Below, one piece after another: positions 39,029-47,914 of a stretch of 64,000 nt of DNA. The DNA is from Polyangiales bacterium (GTDB lineage Bacteria; Myxococcota_A; Polyangia; Polyangiales; Ga0077539), in assembly GCA_044229975.1 (NCBI GenBank), contig JBGARZ010000002.1, positions 480,001-544,000 of the forward strand, written 5' to 3'. The stretch's first letter is position 1. Each line of letters starts with the position of its first letter. Made by a program: the position numbers and the translations under genes. The notes beneath the pieces are model-generated. The model was not told where the DNA came from. It was given only the letters and a program-made list of their open reading frames with translations, and searched no databases.

Positions 39029-40780
39029 GTGACCGCCACCGCGACACCGCCCGAGGGGAAGACCGACGACCCGCTACCCCTCACCGCCGAGCGGCCGCCC
39101 GAGGACCGCACGCCGACCCCGAGCACGCGGTCTCGCCCCGAGCGCAAGGTGCCGCTGCGCGTGTGGCTCTATCCCTTCTTGTTTCTGCTGGGAGCGTCGG
39201 CGCTGATCTTCCTCGGCGCCTACGCCCTCGACGCGCGCCGTCTCCCGAAGGCCCCGTCCTTCTTCTGGACGCTGACCCACTACGACGGCGCGTCCGTCGC
39301 CGACCTCCTGCGCGACGTGAGCCAGCTCGTGACGGCCCTCCTCGGCGTGGCCATCTCGGTGGTGGCCATCATCGTCGAGCTCGCGGCCAACCGGTACACC
39401 CACAAGATCACCGAGCTCTTCTTCCGCTCCGCCGTGAACTTCTCGGTGATGGGCTTCTTCGTCGTCGCAGCCATCAACTCCATCTGGGTGTCGTTCACCT
39501 TCCGCGAGGGCTTCACGCCCGTCTGGGGCACACTCATCTCGATGGTGCTGATGACCCTCAGCATGCTGCTGCTCTTGCCCTACTTCGCCTTCGTCTTCGA
39601 CTTCCTCAACCCCCTCAACATCGTCGCCCGCATCCGCGCCGAGACCCTCGGCATCATCCGCGACGCGCCCGCCTCCATCGCCACGGCGCGCCGCAGCGCC
39701 GAGACCACCCAGGAGGGCGCCGCCGACGGCACCGAGCAGCTCTGCGACGTCGTGCTCAACGCCATGGCCAACCACGACGGCGCCATCGCCGTGGCCAGCG
39801 TCAACGCCCTCGGCGACCTCGGCCAGGACTACCTCGACGTGAAGGGCGCCCTCCCCCTCGACTGGTTCGTCATCACCGAGGCCGTCGCGCAAAACCCGGA
39901 CTTCGTCTCCATGTCACCGGAGGTGCTGGAGTCCGTCGGCCGCGAGCGCGACTGGTTCGAGTTCAAGCTGCTGCGGCAGTTTCAGACCATCTACCAGGGC
40001 GGCCTCGGGGGCAGCCGCGAGCTCTGCTACGTGGTCGCCATCAAGACCCGCGAGCTCGCCGAGAGCGCCATGGAGCGCGACGAGCCCCGCGTCGTCTCTC
40101 TCTGCATCAAGTTCTTCAACACCTTCCTTCGCAGCACGGTCAACAGCCGCGACGTGCGCACGGCCTACAACGTCCTGCACCAGTACCGCCTGCTCGGCGA
40201 CGCCGCCCTCCAGCGCAACCAGGGGCGCTTCGCCGTCGAGGTCGCGCGCTACTTCAAGTACTACGGGCAGCTCGCCTTCAACGTCGACCTCGGGTTCATC
40301 CTCGAGACCTCGGCGTACGACCTCTGCACCCTCAACGAGATCGCCTTCAACCTGAAGTCCCCCGAGCGCGCCGAGCTCCTCCGCATCTTCCTCCAGGTCG
40401 ACAAGGAGGGCGACGGCGGCACCCGCGAGGCGTCGCTCAAGGGCGTCCGCAAGGCGCAGGTGAAGCTCGCCACCTGGTACCTCCTCCACGGCGACGAGAC
40501 CTCCGCACGGGAGGTGTTCCGCGACATGCGCTACGAGAGCCCGGCGCGGCTCGCCTCCATCCGCGACGAGATCCTCTCCGTCACCTCGCCCGAGTTCTGG
40601 GAGATCACCGACCGCGGAACCAACTTCGACTACATCCCCGCCGCGCGAAAGCGTCGGCTGGTGGAGTTCTTCGCGTGGTTCGGCGACACCATTCCCCCGC
40701 CGCGCGTGGGGCTCCTCCCCGACGAAGACCCGAGCGAACGACCCGCCCCCGCCAACGTCCCCAACCCCGCTCACACCTGA
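39029..40780 (+). CDS. DUF2254-like membrane protein
   Basis: Four N-terminal TMs with VELAANRYTHK; FDFLNPLNIVARI; QLCDVVLNAMANHD followed by a helical cytoplasmic part. Confidence 0.7.
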   Translation: MTATATPPEGKTDDPLPLTAERPPEDRTPTPSTRSRPERKVPLRVWLYPFLFLLGASALIFLGAYALDARRLPKAPSFFWTLTHYDGASVADLLRDVSQLVTALLGVAISVVAIIVELAANRYTHKITELFFRSAVNFSVMGFFVVAAINSIWVSFTFREGFTPVWGTLISMVLMTLSMLLLLPYFAFVFDFLNPLNIVARIRAETLGIIRDAPASIATARRSAETTQEGAADGTEQLCDVVLNAMANHDGAIAVASVNALGDLGQDYLDVKGALPLDWFVITEAVAQNPDFVSMSPEVLESVGRERDWFEFKLLRQFQTIYQGGLGGSRELCYVVAIKTRELAESAMERDEPRVVSLCIKFFNTFLRSTVNSRDVRTAYNVLHQYRLLGDAALQRNQGRFAVEVARYFKYYGQLAFNVDLGFILETSAYDLCTLNEIAFNLKSPERAELLRIFLQVDKEGDGGTREASLKGVRKAQVKLATWYLLHGDETSAREVFRDMRYESPARLASIRDEILSVTSPEFWEITDRGTNFDYIPAARKRRLVEFFAWFGDTIPPPRVGLLPDEDPSERPAPANVPNPAHT

Positions 40781-41031
40781 CCGCGCACTGTACGGGCCTT
40801 GCACATCGGGGGCGCGCAAGGAGCGGACATCGCCTCCGCGCCCGGTGATCACACTCCAGTAATTGTCCGTAATCGTGCGTCATTCGCACCGCGGAACGAT
40901 GACTGCATTGACCCCGTTTCAACAGGAGACGGCGACGTGACGATCACGACAGGAGTGCACAGTGACGGCGGTCGGAGGGTGGGCGTGGCGGCAGCGTGCC
41001 GTCGGTTTGCACACGCACAAGGGAGGTCGAC

Positions 41032-41307
41032 ATGGGCGCTCGCTTCACGGTGACCAGCGGGGCTGAGCTGCTCAAGGGCATGACCAGCGGGCGCGTTCAG
41101 CTCCCGAAGGGTGAGACGGCCATCGACTCGGTGGTGCGTCGCATCCAGCGCGAGACGGGCCTCCGCTTCGTCACGCTGCGGCAGGACTCCTGCGAGCGCG
41201 ACGACGGCGGCGAGGTGGTCGCCTGGCACTACGAGATCCTGCTCGGTCGCGGTCGGGCCAAGGCCATCGCCGGCGCCGTCCACGTCACCATCACCAGCAG
41301 CGCGTAG
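41032..41307 (+). CDS. Small hypothetical protein (91 aa)
   Basis: GGGAGG SD before ATG 41032; GC3-biased codons. Confidence 0.7.
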   Translation: MGARFTVTSGAELLKGMTSGRVQLPKGETAIDSVVRRIQRETGLRFVTLRQDSCERDDGGEVVAWHYEILLGRGRAKAIAGAVHVTITSSA

Positions 41308-41325
41308 CGCGCCGCTCCGCTGCCG

Positions 41326-42048
41326 CTACAGACGCCCGCGCAGGGCGTCGTAGCGGAGCTTCCACACCATCACGATGGCCTCGGCGAAGATCTTCCGGGA
41401 CATCTTCGAGGCCCCCGCGCGCCGGTCGACGAAGAGGATCGGCACCTCCGCGACGCGCATCCCCCGCAGCACCGCGCGGTACGTCAGCTCGATCTGAAAC
41501 GAGTACCCGTTGCTCTTCACGCCGCCCAGATCGATGCGCTCCAGCGCGTCGCGGGTGAAGGCCTTGTAGCCCGTCGTGAGGTCGTGGACGTCGAGCCCGA
41601 GGATGGTGCGCGAGTACACGCTGCCGCCCTTCGACAAGATGTGCCGGCCGATGCCCCACCCATCCACGCCGCCGCCCGGAACGTTGCGCGACCCGATCAC
41701 CACGTCGGCCCCCGCCTCGATGGCGCGGATGAACTCGGGCACGTACCGCGGGTCGTGCGAGAGGTCGGTGTCCATCTCGAAGACCACGTCGTAGCCCTGC
41801 CCGAGCGCCCACTGGAAGCCTTCGAGGTAGGCGGTGCCGAGCCCGAGCTTGCCCGCCCGATGGCGGACCTTCACGCGCTTGTCCTGCGCGGCGATGTCGT
41901 CGGCCATGGCGCCGGTGCCATCGGGCGAGTTGTCGTCGACCACCAGCACGTCGACCTCGGGGGCGACGGCGAAGAGCTGATCGAGGAAGGTCTGGAGGTT
42001 GTCCCGCTCGTTGTACGTCGGGGTGATGACGAGGACGCGACGCTTCAT
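41326..42048 (-). CDS. Polyprenol monophosphomannose synthase (GT2, DPM1-like)
   Basis: ITPTYNERDN, VVDDNSPDGTG, KLGLGTAY, MDTDLSHDP and GYSFQIE. Confidence 0.92.
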   Translation of the reverse strand: MKRRVLVITPTYNERDNLQTFLDQLFAVAPEVDVLVVDDNSPDGTGAMADDIAAQDKRVKVRHRAGKLGLGTAYLEGFQWALGQGYDVVFEMDTDLSHDPRYVPEFIRAIEAGADVVIGSRNVPGGGVDGWGIGRHILSKGGSVYSRTILGLDVHDLTTGYKAFTRDALERIDLGGVKSNGYSFQIELTYRAVLRGMRVAEVPILFVDRRAGASKMSRKIFAEAIVMVWKLRYDALRGRL

Positions 42049-42136
42049 GGGGGACGCCGCGCACGCTACGAGCAACCCTTCGCCCGGCGCAAGCCGAGAT
42101 TCCCGACCGACACCGCCGCGGTGTAGCGTCGCCGCG

Positions 42137-43354
42137 GTGTTCCGCCCCGCAGCCCTCGCAGCGATCCTGGCCGTGACCTTCGCGTCTGTCCGCGCCGAAG
42201 CCTCGCCGCAAGACCTCTTCGGCTACGGCGCACGCCTCGTCGCCATGGCCGGCACCGGCGCCTCCTTCGCCGACGACTACGCCGCCGTCCACGCCAACCC
42301 CGCGGGCCTCTCTCGCCTCCGCGAGCGCTCGCTCATGCTCGGCTACGCGGGCACCGGCTTCTGGCTCGACCGGGGCGGGCAACCCTTCGCCGCCGACACG
42401 GGCTCGGCCACCGTCATCGGCCTCGGTCTCCCCATCCCCTTCGGCGGCGTGCTGCGCGATCGGGTCGCGATCGGCCTCGGCTTCTTCACGCCGACCAACG
42501 TCGTCGTGCGCGGTCGCATCATCCGCCCGGAGACCCCGCAGTTCATCCTGCTGCCCGATCGCGTGCAGACCGTCGCGCTCCAGATCGGCCTCGGCGTCGC
42601 GCTCCCGTGGGGCTTCCGCATCGGCGGCGGCGTGATGGCCGCGGCGGGCCTCACCGGCACCGTGCTCGTCGCGGCCGACGCGTCGGGGCGCGCGAGCTCG
42701 CGCATCGACACGCAGCTCGTCGCCACCTACGCCCCCGTCGTCGGCATCCAGTGGGAGCGCGGCGCGTGGCGCGTCGGAGCCACCTACCGCGGCGAGCTCA
42801 TCGCGCGTTTCCTGGTGAGCATCGAGGCGCGCGACCTCGGCATCAACCTCCCCATCTTCAACATCTCCGGCGTCGCCCAGTACGACCCCGCGCAGCTCCA
42901 GGTCGAAGCGTCGTGGCAACGCGCTGGCTGGACCATCGCCGCAGGCGTCACCGCCAAGCGCTGGAGCGACTACCCCGGCCCCGCCGCCGCCACGACCGAG
43001 AACAGCCCGGCCCCGCCCCCACCGGAGTTCAGCGACACGCTGGTTCCGCGGGCGGGCGTCGAGCGCCGCTGGAGCTGGCCCGACGGCACCCACGTCGCCG
43101 TGCGCGGCGGCTACTTCTACGAACCAACACCCGCGCCCGTCGCCACCACGGCGAGGGCCTTCCTCGACAACGACCGCCACGTCTTCGCCGCGGGCCTGAG
43201 CATCGGCGCCACCGCTGCCGGGACCCGCTACACCGTCGACGTCTTCTCGCAGGCCCACTGGCTCGCGCCCCGCGACTCCGTCACCCCGACGGGCGTGGCC
43301 TCCTACGGCGGTGCGCTGCTCCACCTCGGCACCACGGTCACGGTGACCTTCTGA
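42137..43354 (+). CDS. FadL/OmpP1 family outer-membrane transporter
   Basis: Signal peptide; FGYGARLVAMAG...AVHANPAGL; FSDTLVPRAGVE; RGGYFYEPTP; terminal F. Confidence 0.8.
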   Translation: MFRPAALAAILAVTFASVRAEASPQDLFGYGARLVAMAGTGASFADDYAAVHANPAGLSRLRERSLMLGYAGTGFWLDRGGQPFAADTGSATVIGLGLPIPFGGVLRDRVAIGLGFFTPTNVVVRGRIIRPETPQFILLPDRVQTVALQIGLGVALPWGFRIGGGVMAAAGLTGTVLVAADASGRASSRIDTQLVATYAPVVGIQWERGAWRVGATYRGELIARFLVSIEARDLGINLPIFNISGVAQYDPAQLQVEASWQRAGWTIAAGVTAKRWSDYPGPAAATTENSPAPPPPEFSDTLVPRAGVERRWSWPDGTHVAVRGGYFYEPTPAPVATTARAFLDNDRHVFAAGLSIGATAAGTRYTVDVFSQAHWLAPRDSVTPTGVASYGGALLHLGTTVTVTF

Positions 43355-44709
43355 TGCGCTCGCTGCACCGCTGCCTCGTCGCGCTCGCCCTCACCGCGCC
43401 TCCCTCTGTCGCGTCGGCCAACCCGCTCGACATGTACGGCTTCCTCTCGCGCTCGACCTCGCTCGGCGGCGCGGTCACGGCCGACGTCGGCGACGTCTCT
43501 GCCGGGTACTACAACCCCGCGGGCCTCGCCCGCATGCGCGCCTTCCGCGCCGAGCTCGGCTACGTGTACGCCGCGCCCTCGCTCACCACCGACGGCCGCG
43601 ACAACCAGGTCGACGCCACGCGCGGCATGTCCGGCGGCCTCGCGGCACCCGGCCGCATCTTCCGCCTGCCCTTCACCTTCGGCCTCGCGGTGCACGTCCC
43701 CGACGAACGCCTCTCGCAGGTGCGCGCCCTCCCGCAGCCACAACCCCGCTGGGAGCTCTACTCCGTTCGTCTCCAGCGGCTCTACATCGCCGCGAGCCTC
43801 GCCATCTCGCCGAGGCCGTGGCTGCGCATCGGCGCGGGCCTCGTCTTCATGGCGTCCACCCGCGGAGGCTTCGACATCAGCGGGCGCCTCTCGGCCACGC
43901 AGCCCTCCAACAGCGCCCTCACCCACAGCGTCGACGCCGACCTCACCGCGGTGCGCTACCTCCAGGCCGGCGTGCAGGTCGACCTCCCGGCCAACATCAC
44001 GGTGGGCGCCGCCTTCCGCGACGAGTTCAAGCTCGACACGCAGCTCGACGCCAACCTCCGCGGCAACATCTACGTCGGCGGCATCAACGACCCGCGCGCG
44101 CTGGTCATCCCCGGCTACTACGGCCTCCGCTCGCACGTGCTGACGGCCTTCCAGCCGAGGCAGGTGGCACTCGGCGCCGTCTGGCGGCTGACCCCTCGGC
44201 TGCGCGTGATGGCCGACGTCGCGTGGGTGCAGTGGTCCCGCTACGAGAACCCCACGGCCTCGCTGGAGGTCGCGCTCGACCTCACCATCCCGTCCAACAT
44301 CCCGGGCCTGCGGCAGCCCTCGGTGCCCGCCGCGCCGGTGCGCGAGCTCATGCGCTTCCGCGACACCTTCGTGCCCCGCGTCGGCGCGGAGATCACCACC
44401 CCCATCGGCCGTCACGACCTCGCGTTTCGCCTCGGGTACCACTTCGACCCGACGCCCGTTCCGCCGCAGCCGGGGCTCACCAACTTCATCGACAGCTCGC
44501 GCCACGTCGCCGCCTTCGGCATGGGCGTCACCCTCCGCCGCCTCAGCGCCGTCCTCCCCGGAACCGTCTCCCTCGACGTCCACGCCGCCTTCCAGGTGCT
44601 CACCGAGCGCACCATCGTGAAGACCGACCCCAACGACCCGGTGGGCAGCTACGCCGCCGCGGGCACCGTCCTCAACCTGGGCACCACCCTCTCCATGGGC
44701 TTCGAATGA
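43354..44709 (+). CDS. Second FadL/OmpP1 family outer-membrane transporter
   Basis: TGATG coupling; ANPLDMYGF...YYNPAGL; FRDTFVPRVGAE; RLGYHFDPTP. Confidence 0.8.
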   Translation: MRSLHRCLVALALTAPPSVASANPLDMYGFLSRSTSLGGAVTADVGDVSAGYYNPAGLARMRAFRAELGYVYAAPSLTTDGRDNQVDATRGMSGGLAAPGRIFRLPFTFGLAVHVPDERLSQVRALPQPQPRWELYSVRLQRLYIAASLAISPRPWLRIGAGLVFMASTRGGFDISGRLSATQPSNSALTHSVDADLTAVRYLQAGVQVDLPANITVGAAFRDEFKLDTQLDANLRGNIYVGGINDPRALVIPGYYGLRSHVLTAFQPRQVALGAVWRLTPRLRVMADVAWVQWSRYENPTASLEVALDLTIPSNIPGLRQPSVPAAPVRELMRFRDTFVPRVGAEITTPIGRHDLAFRLGYHFDPTPVPPQPGLTNFIDSSRHVAAFGMGVTLRRLSAVLPGTVSLDVHAAFQVLTERTIVKTDPNDPVGSYAAAGTVLNLGTTLSMGFE

Positions 44710-45764
44710 GCGCGCGCACCGCCCTCACCTGCTGCCTCGCGCTCACCCTCGGCTGCGGCACCGCGGCGTCTCCCGGCGGCGGCGACAGCAACCTCCCGTC
44801 AGGTCGCGGCGGCCCCTACCGCCTGCTCGACGGCGACGAGGTGCCCGAGGGGACGTGCCTCTTCCGCGAGCAGGGCGTGACCCTCGAAGACCCCTCGGCC
44901 CTCACCCTCGACGCCCACCGCGTCGCGCTCTACTTCACCCGCCGCGAGGGCACTCGCCGCAGCGTTCGCCGCGCCGTCGTCGTCGATGGTCACCGCGTCG
45001 AGGGGACACCCACCGAAGCGCTCGCTCCGACCCTCACCTGGCACGGTGAAGGCGTCGGCGCGCCCGACGTGAGCGCCACCCGCGACGGCTTCGCGATGGC
45101 CTTCGACACGACCGACGGACTCGGCATCGCCACCAGCAGCGACGGGCTCACGTGGCGCTCGGACGATCAGCCCGCCCTCTCCGCCGACGCGACCGCGGGC
45201 GAGGCCACCGCGCTGCGATCGCCTGCGTTGCTCGTGCACCGCGACGGCACCGCGATGCTCGCCTACGAGAGCGCCGGGGCCATCTGGCTGGCCACCGCGC
45301 CGACCGTCGCCGGGCCGTGGCAGCGCGTCGACCCGACGCCCGAGACGCCCCGCCGTGACCCGATGGTCGCTCCCGGCAACGATGCACGCGATGCGGGTGT
45401 CGTCGGCTTCGCCTCTGGGGCCGTCGGAGACCCGTCGCTACGCCTCGAAGAGGTTGGTGTCGGCCGGAGGCTCTACCGGGTGTTCTTCTCGGCCCGCAGC
45501 GCGCCCGTGGCGATGGACGGCGGCAGCGTCTTCACGCGGGCCATCGGAACCGCGGCGTCGTTCGATGGCGTCCACTTCCCGCGCGCCGAGACGCCCGCCC
45601 TCACGGGTCGCCTCGACCCTTTGGTACGCGCGCCCTCGACGTGGTCCAACGGACCGCTGCTCACCTGGCTCTTCGTCACCGGACGCTGCGACAGCGCGGG
45701 GCGCACCGAGGGCATCCGCGTCGGCGTGGCCCCCGGCACTCGTCGCTACGAGCTCACGCCCTAA
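44706..45764 (+). CDS. Lipoprotein with glycoside-hydrolase-like beta-propeller motifs
   Basis: ATGA coupling; lipobox TLGC; EDPSA, GAPDV, ATSSDGLTW, RSPAL, GDPSL and ASFDGVHF. Confidence 0.7.
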   Translation: MSARTALTCCLALTLGCGTAASPGGGDSNLPSGRGGPYRLLDGDEVPEGTCLFREQGVTLEDPSALTLDAHRVALYFTRREGTRRSVRRAVVVDGHRVEGTPTEALAPTLTWHGEGVGAPDVSATRDGFAMAFDTTDGLGIATSSDGLTWRSDDQPALSADATAGEATALRSPALLVHRDGTAMLAYESAGAIWLATAPTVAGPWQRVDPTPETPRRDPMVAPGNDARDAGVVGFASGAVGDPSLRLEEVGVGRRLYRVFFSARSAPVAMDGGSVFTRAIGTAASFDGVHFPRAETPALTGRLDPLVRAPSTWSNGPLLTWLFVTGRCDSAGRTEGIRVGVAPGTRRYELTP

Positions 45765-45771
45765 CGGAGCG

Positions 45772-47169
45772 TCAGTGGATGGCGCGGCACTCCGTCGCCC
45801 AGGTTCCGCCGAGGGCGATGCAGCGGGTGCGGGCCTCGGCGGCGCCCTCACGGTTGCGAAGCTGCGAGCGCGAATACGCCAGGACGAACCACGCCTGCCC
45901 GCTGCGCGGGTTGGCCGTCACCGCGCGGTTGGCGATGGTCTCGGCTTCGGCATGGTGCGAGCCCTCGGCGAGGCTCATCGCGTAGGTGGTCATGGTGCGA
46001 TCGTCGGTGGGCGCCGCGTCGAAGTAGGCGTTGTAGGCCGCGACCTTCGCCGCGAGCGGACCGCGCGTCGCACGCGCCGCCGCGAGGAGCTGCTGCGGTG
46101 TCTGGCCGCCTGGGACGGCGACCGGAGCGGGCGGCGGCGTCGGCGCAACGGGCGCCGCCGGAGGGGGCGTCACGGCCGGAGCTGCGGCAGCGACATCGGG
46201 CGTCGCGGCGGCGACCACGGGCTCGGTCGGCGCGGGGGCCACGGCGCTGTCCACCTCGGCAACCGGAGTTGTCGCAGGAGCAGGTACGGGAGCAGGCGGG
46301 GGTTCTGCGGCAGGCGCAACCGGCGGGGTCGCAGCGGGCGGCGGGGTCGGCTCCACCACGGGCGCGTGCGCGACGTCGAGGCGCGTCTCCGGGACCGAGT
46401 ACTTCGCCTGGACGGCAAACGCGACGACCACGCCGATGACGGCGACGAGCAGCACGCCCGTGATGGTCATCCAGCGCTTGCTGCGCGCGACCTCGGAGGC
46501 GTGATCTTCGGCGGCGGGCGCGAGGTCTTCGAAGGTGTCGTGGGTCTGCTTGTAGGCGGCCGTCGCGGCGACGTCGGAGAAGAACGCCTTGGCCTCGTCG
46601 CTCAGATGCGTCGAGAGCGACTCCTTGTGGCCGCGGCCCCCGCCTTCCTTCTTGCCGACGACCTCGCCGCGCAGGGTCTTGTTGCGGGCTTCATCCTCGC
46701 TCACCTTCGCGGCGGGCTTCTCGGCCGCCTTCTCGGGCTCCTTCGCGACCGCCTCGACGGGGCTCACCTTGCGCTCGCCGGTCGCCTCTTCTGGAGGGAT
46801 GGTGGTGCGCTCCTGCTCGCCCGCCGCGGGGCGCAGCGCGGAGTCTTCCTTGGCCTTCGCGGGCTCCTCCGCGGCGGGCGCCTTCGTCACACCGAACGAC
46901 CCCGTGCCCGCGATGAGAGTGGCCTTGGAGTCGCGCGGCTCGGTCGGAACCTGCGACGCCCGCGGAAACGGGATCACGTTGTCGGTGCTGGGTGTCGGCT
47001 CGATGGAGAGCGTCGACTCACGACCACCCGGCGACGACTCACGGTCGCCCGGCGAGGAGTCGCGCAGATCGGCGTCGTGCTCACCAGGAACCCCCGCAGC
47101 CCCAGCGAGGGTCGAGGACGGTGCCGAGTTGCGTTGCGTACGGTTGCGCTTGCTCTTGTTCTTCGACAC
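45772..47169 (-). CDS. Single-TM protein with a disordered N-terminus, Pro/Ala-rich linker and C-terminal TPR
   Basis: TM WMTITGVLLVAVIGVVVAFAV; TPR AETIANRAVTANPRSGQAWFVLAY. Confidence 0.75.
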   Translation of the reverse strand: MSKNKSKRNRTQRNSAPSSTLAGAAGVPGEHDADLRDSSPGDRESSPGGRESTLSIEPTPSTDNVIPFPRASQVPTEPRDSKATLIAGTGSFGVTKAPAAEEPAKAKEDSALRPAAGEQERTTIPPEEATGERKVSPVEAVAKEPEKAAEKPAAKVSEDEARNKTLRGEVVGKKEGGGRGHKESLSTHLSDEAKAFFSDVAATAAYKQTHDTFEDLAPAAEDHASEVARSKRWMTITGVLLVAVIGVVVAFAVQAKYSVPETRLDVAHAPVVEPTPPPAATPPVAPAAEPPPAPVPAPATTPVAEVDSAVAPAPTEPVVAAATPDVAAAAPAVTPPPAAPVAPTPPPAPVAVPGGQTPQQLLAAARATRGPLAAKVAAYNAYFDAAPTDDRTMTTYAMSLAEGSHHAEAETIANRAVTANPRSGQAWFVLAYSRSQLRNREGAAEARTRCIALGGTWATECRAIH

Positions 47170-47390
47170 AGCCGCTCTACCTCGCTTCGGACGACGGAGG
47201 TCGCCTCACCGTTTTACAAACGCAGTGACCATGCCACGCCGCGCGAGCCCTTGTCTCATCGAAATCGGTGCGACGTCTGCGCCGCGCGCAGCGCTCATCG
47301 AAGCCTCGCCATCGGCGTCAGCGCGGTCGCGCCCGCCCTCGTCGGTGGCACACGTCGACGCACGAACGAGCGCTCGCCTTCCGTCGATGC

Positions 47391-47420
47391 TTGACCCTGC
47401 GAACGCCCCTCGACTAGCGT
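47391..47420 (+). promoter_or_regulatory. Putative sigma70 promoter
   Basis: TTGACC-N18-TAGCGT, followed by a GAGGAGG SD before ATG 47453. Confidence 0.5.
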
Positions 47421-47452
47421 CCGCGCGGTCTGATCGAGGAGGCATTTCAACG

Positions 47453-47848
47453 ATGGTTCGTGCGCTGCGCACTGCGCTGATGGCTTCGCTTCTCGTGGCT
47501 GCGACGGGGGCGACGGGCTGCAAGAAGGAAGGCGTGTTCTTCCAGAGCATCAACCCCACGGCCGGGAGGCCGAGCGGTGGCGAGGAGGTTCGCATCCGCG
47601 GCCACGGGTTTCGCGCCCTCGGCGGCCTCGACGTCCGCATCGGCCCGAAGGCCGCGGTCAACGTGGGCATCGCCGACGATGAGACCATCGTGCTGACCAC
47701 GCCCGACGCGCGTGAGGCCGACCAGGGTCACCCCATCGACGTGTACATCCTCACCAACGAGGGCCGCAGCATCGTGCTCCGCGGCGCCTTCACCTATCGC
47801 CGCGCAGCCGGCGGCGAAGGCACCAACCAGCTCCAGCGCCGTCTGTAG
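47453..47848 (+). CDS. Small IPT/TIG-domain lipoprotein
   Basis: Lipobox ATGC; SINPTAGRPSGGEEVRIRGHGF...GAFTY. Confidence 0.8.
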   Translation: MVRALRTALMASLLVAATGATGCKKEGVFFQSINPTAGRPSGGEEVRIRGHGFRALGGLDVRIGPKAAVNVGIADDETIVLTTPDAREADQGHPIDVYILTNEGRSIVLRGAFTYRRAAGGEGTNQLQRRL

Positions 47849-47914
47849 TCCCATCGGGCGCCGCGCCCCCGCGCGACGCCCCGTTGGGTCCCCTTCGTTC
47901 CCCCCCCAAAAGCC

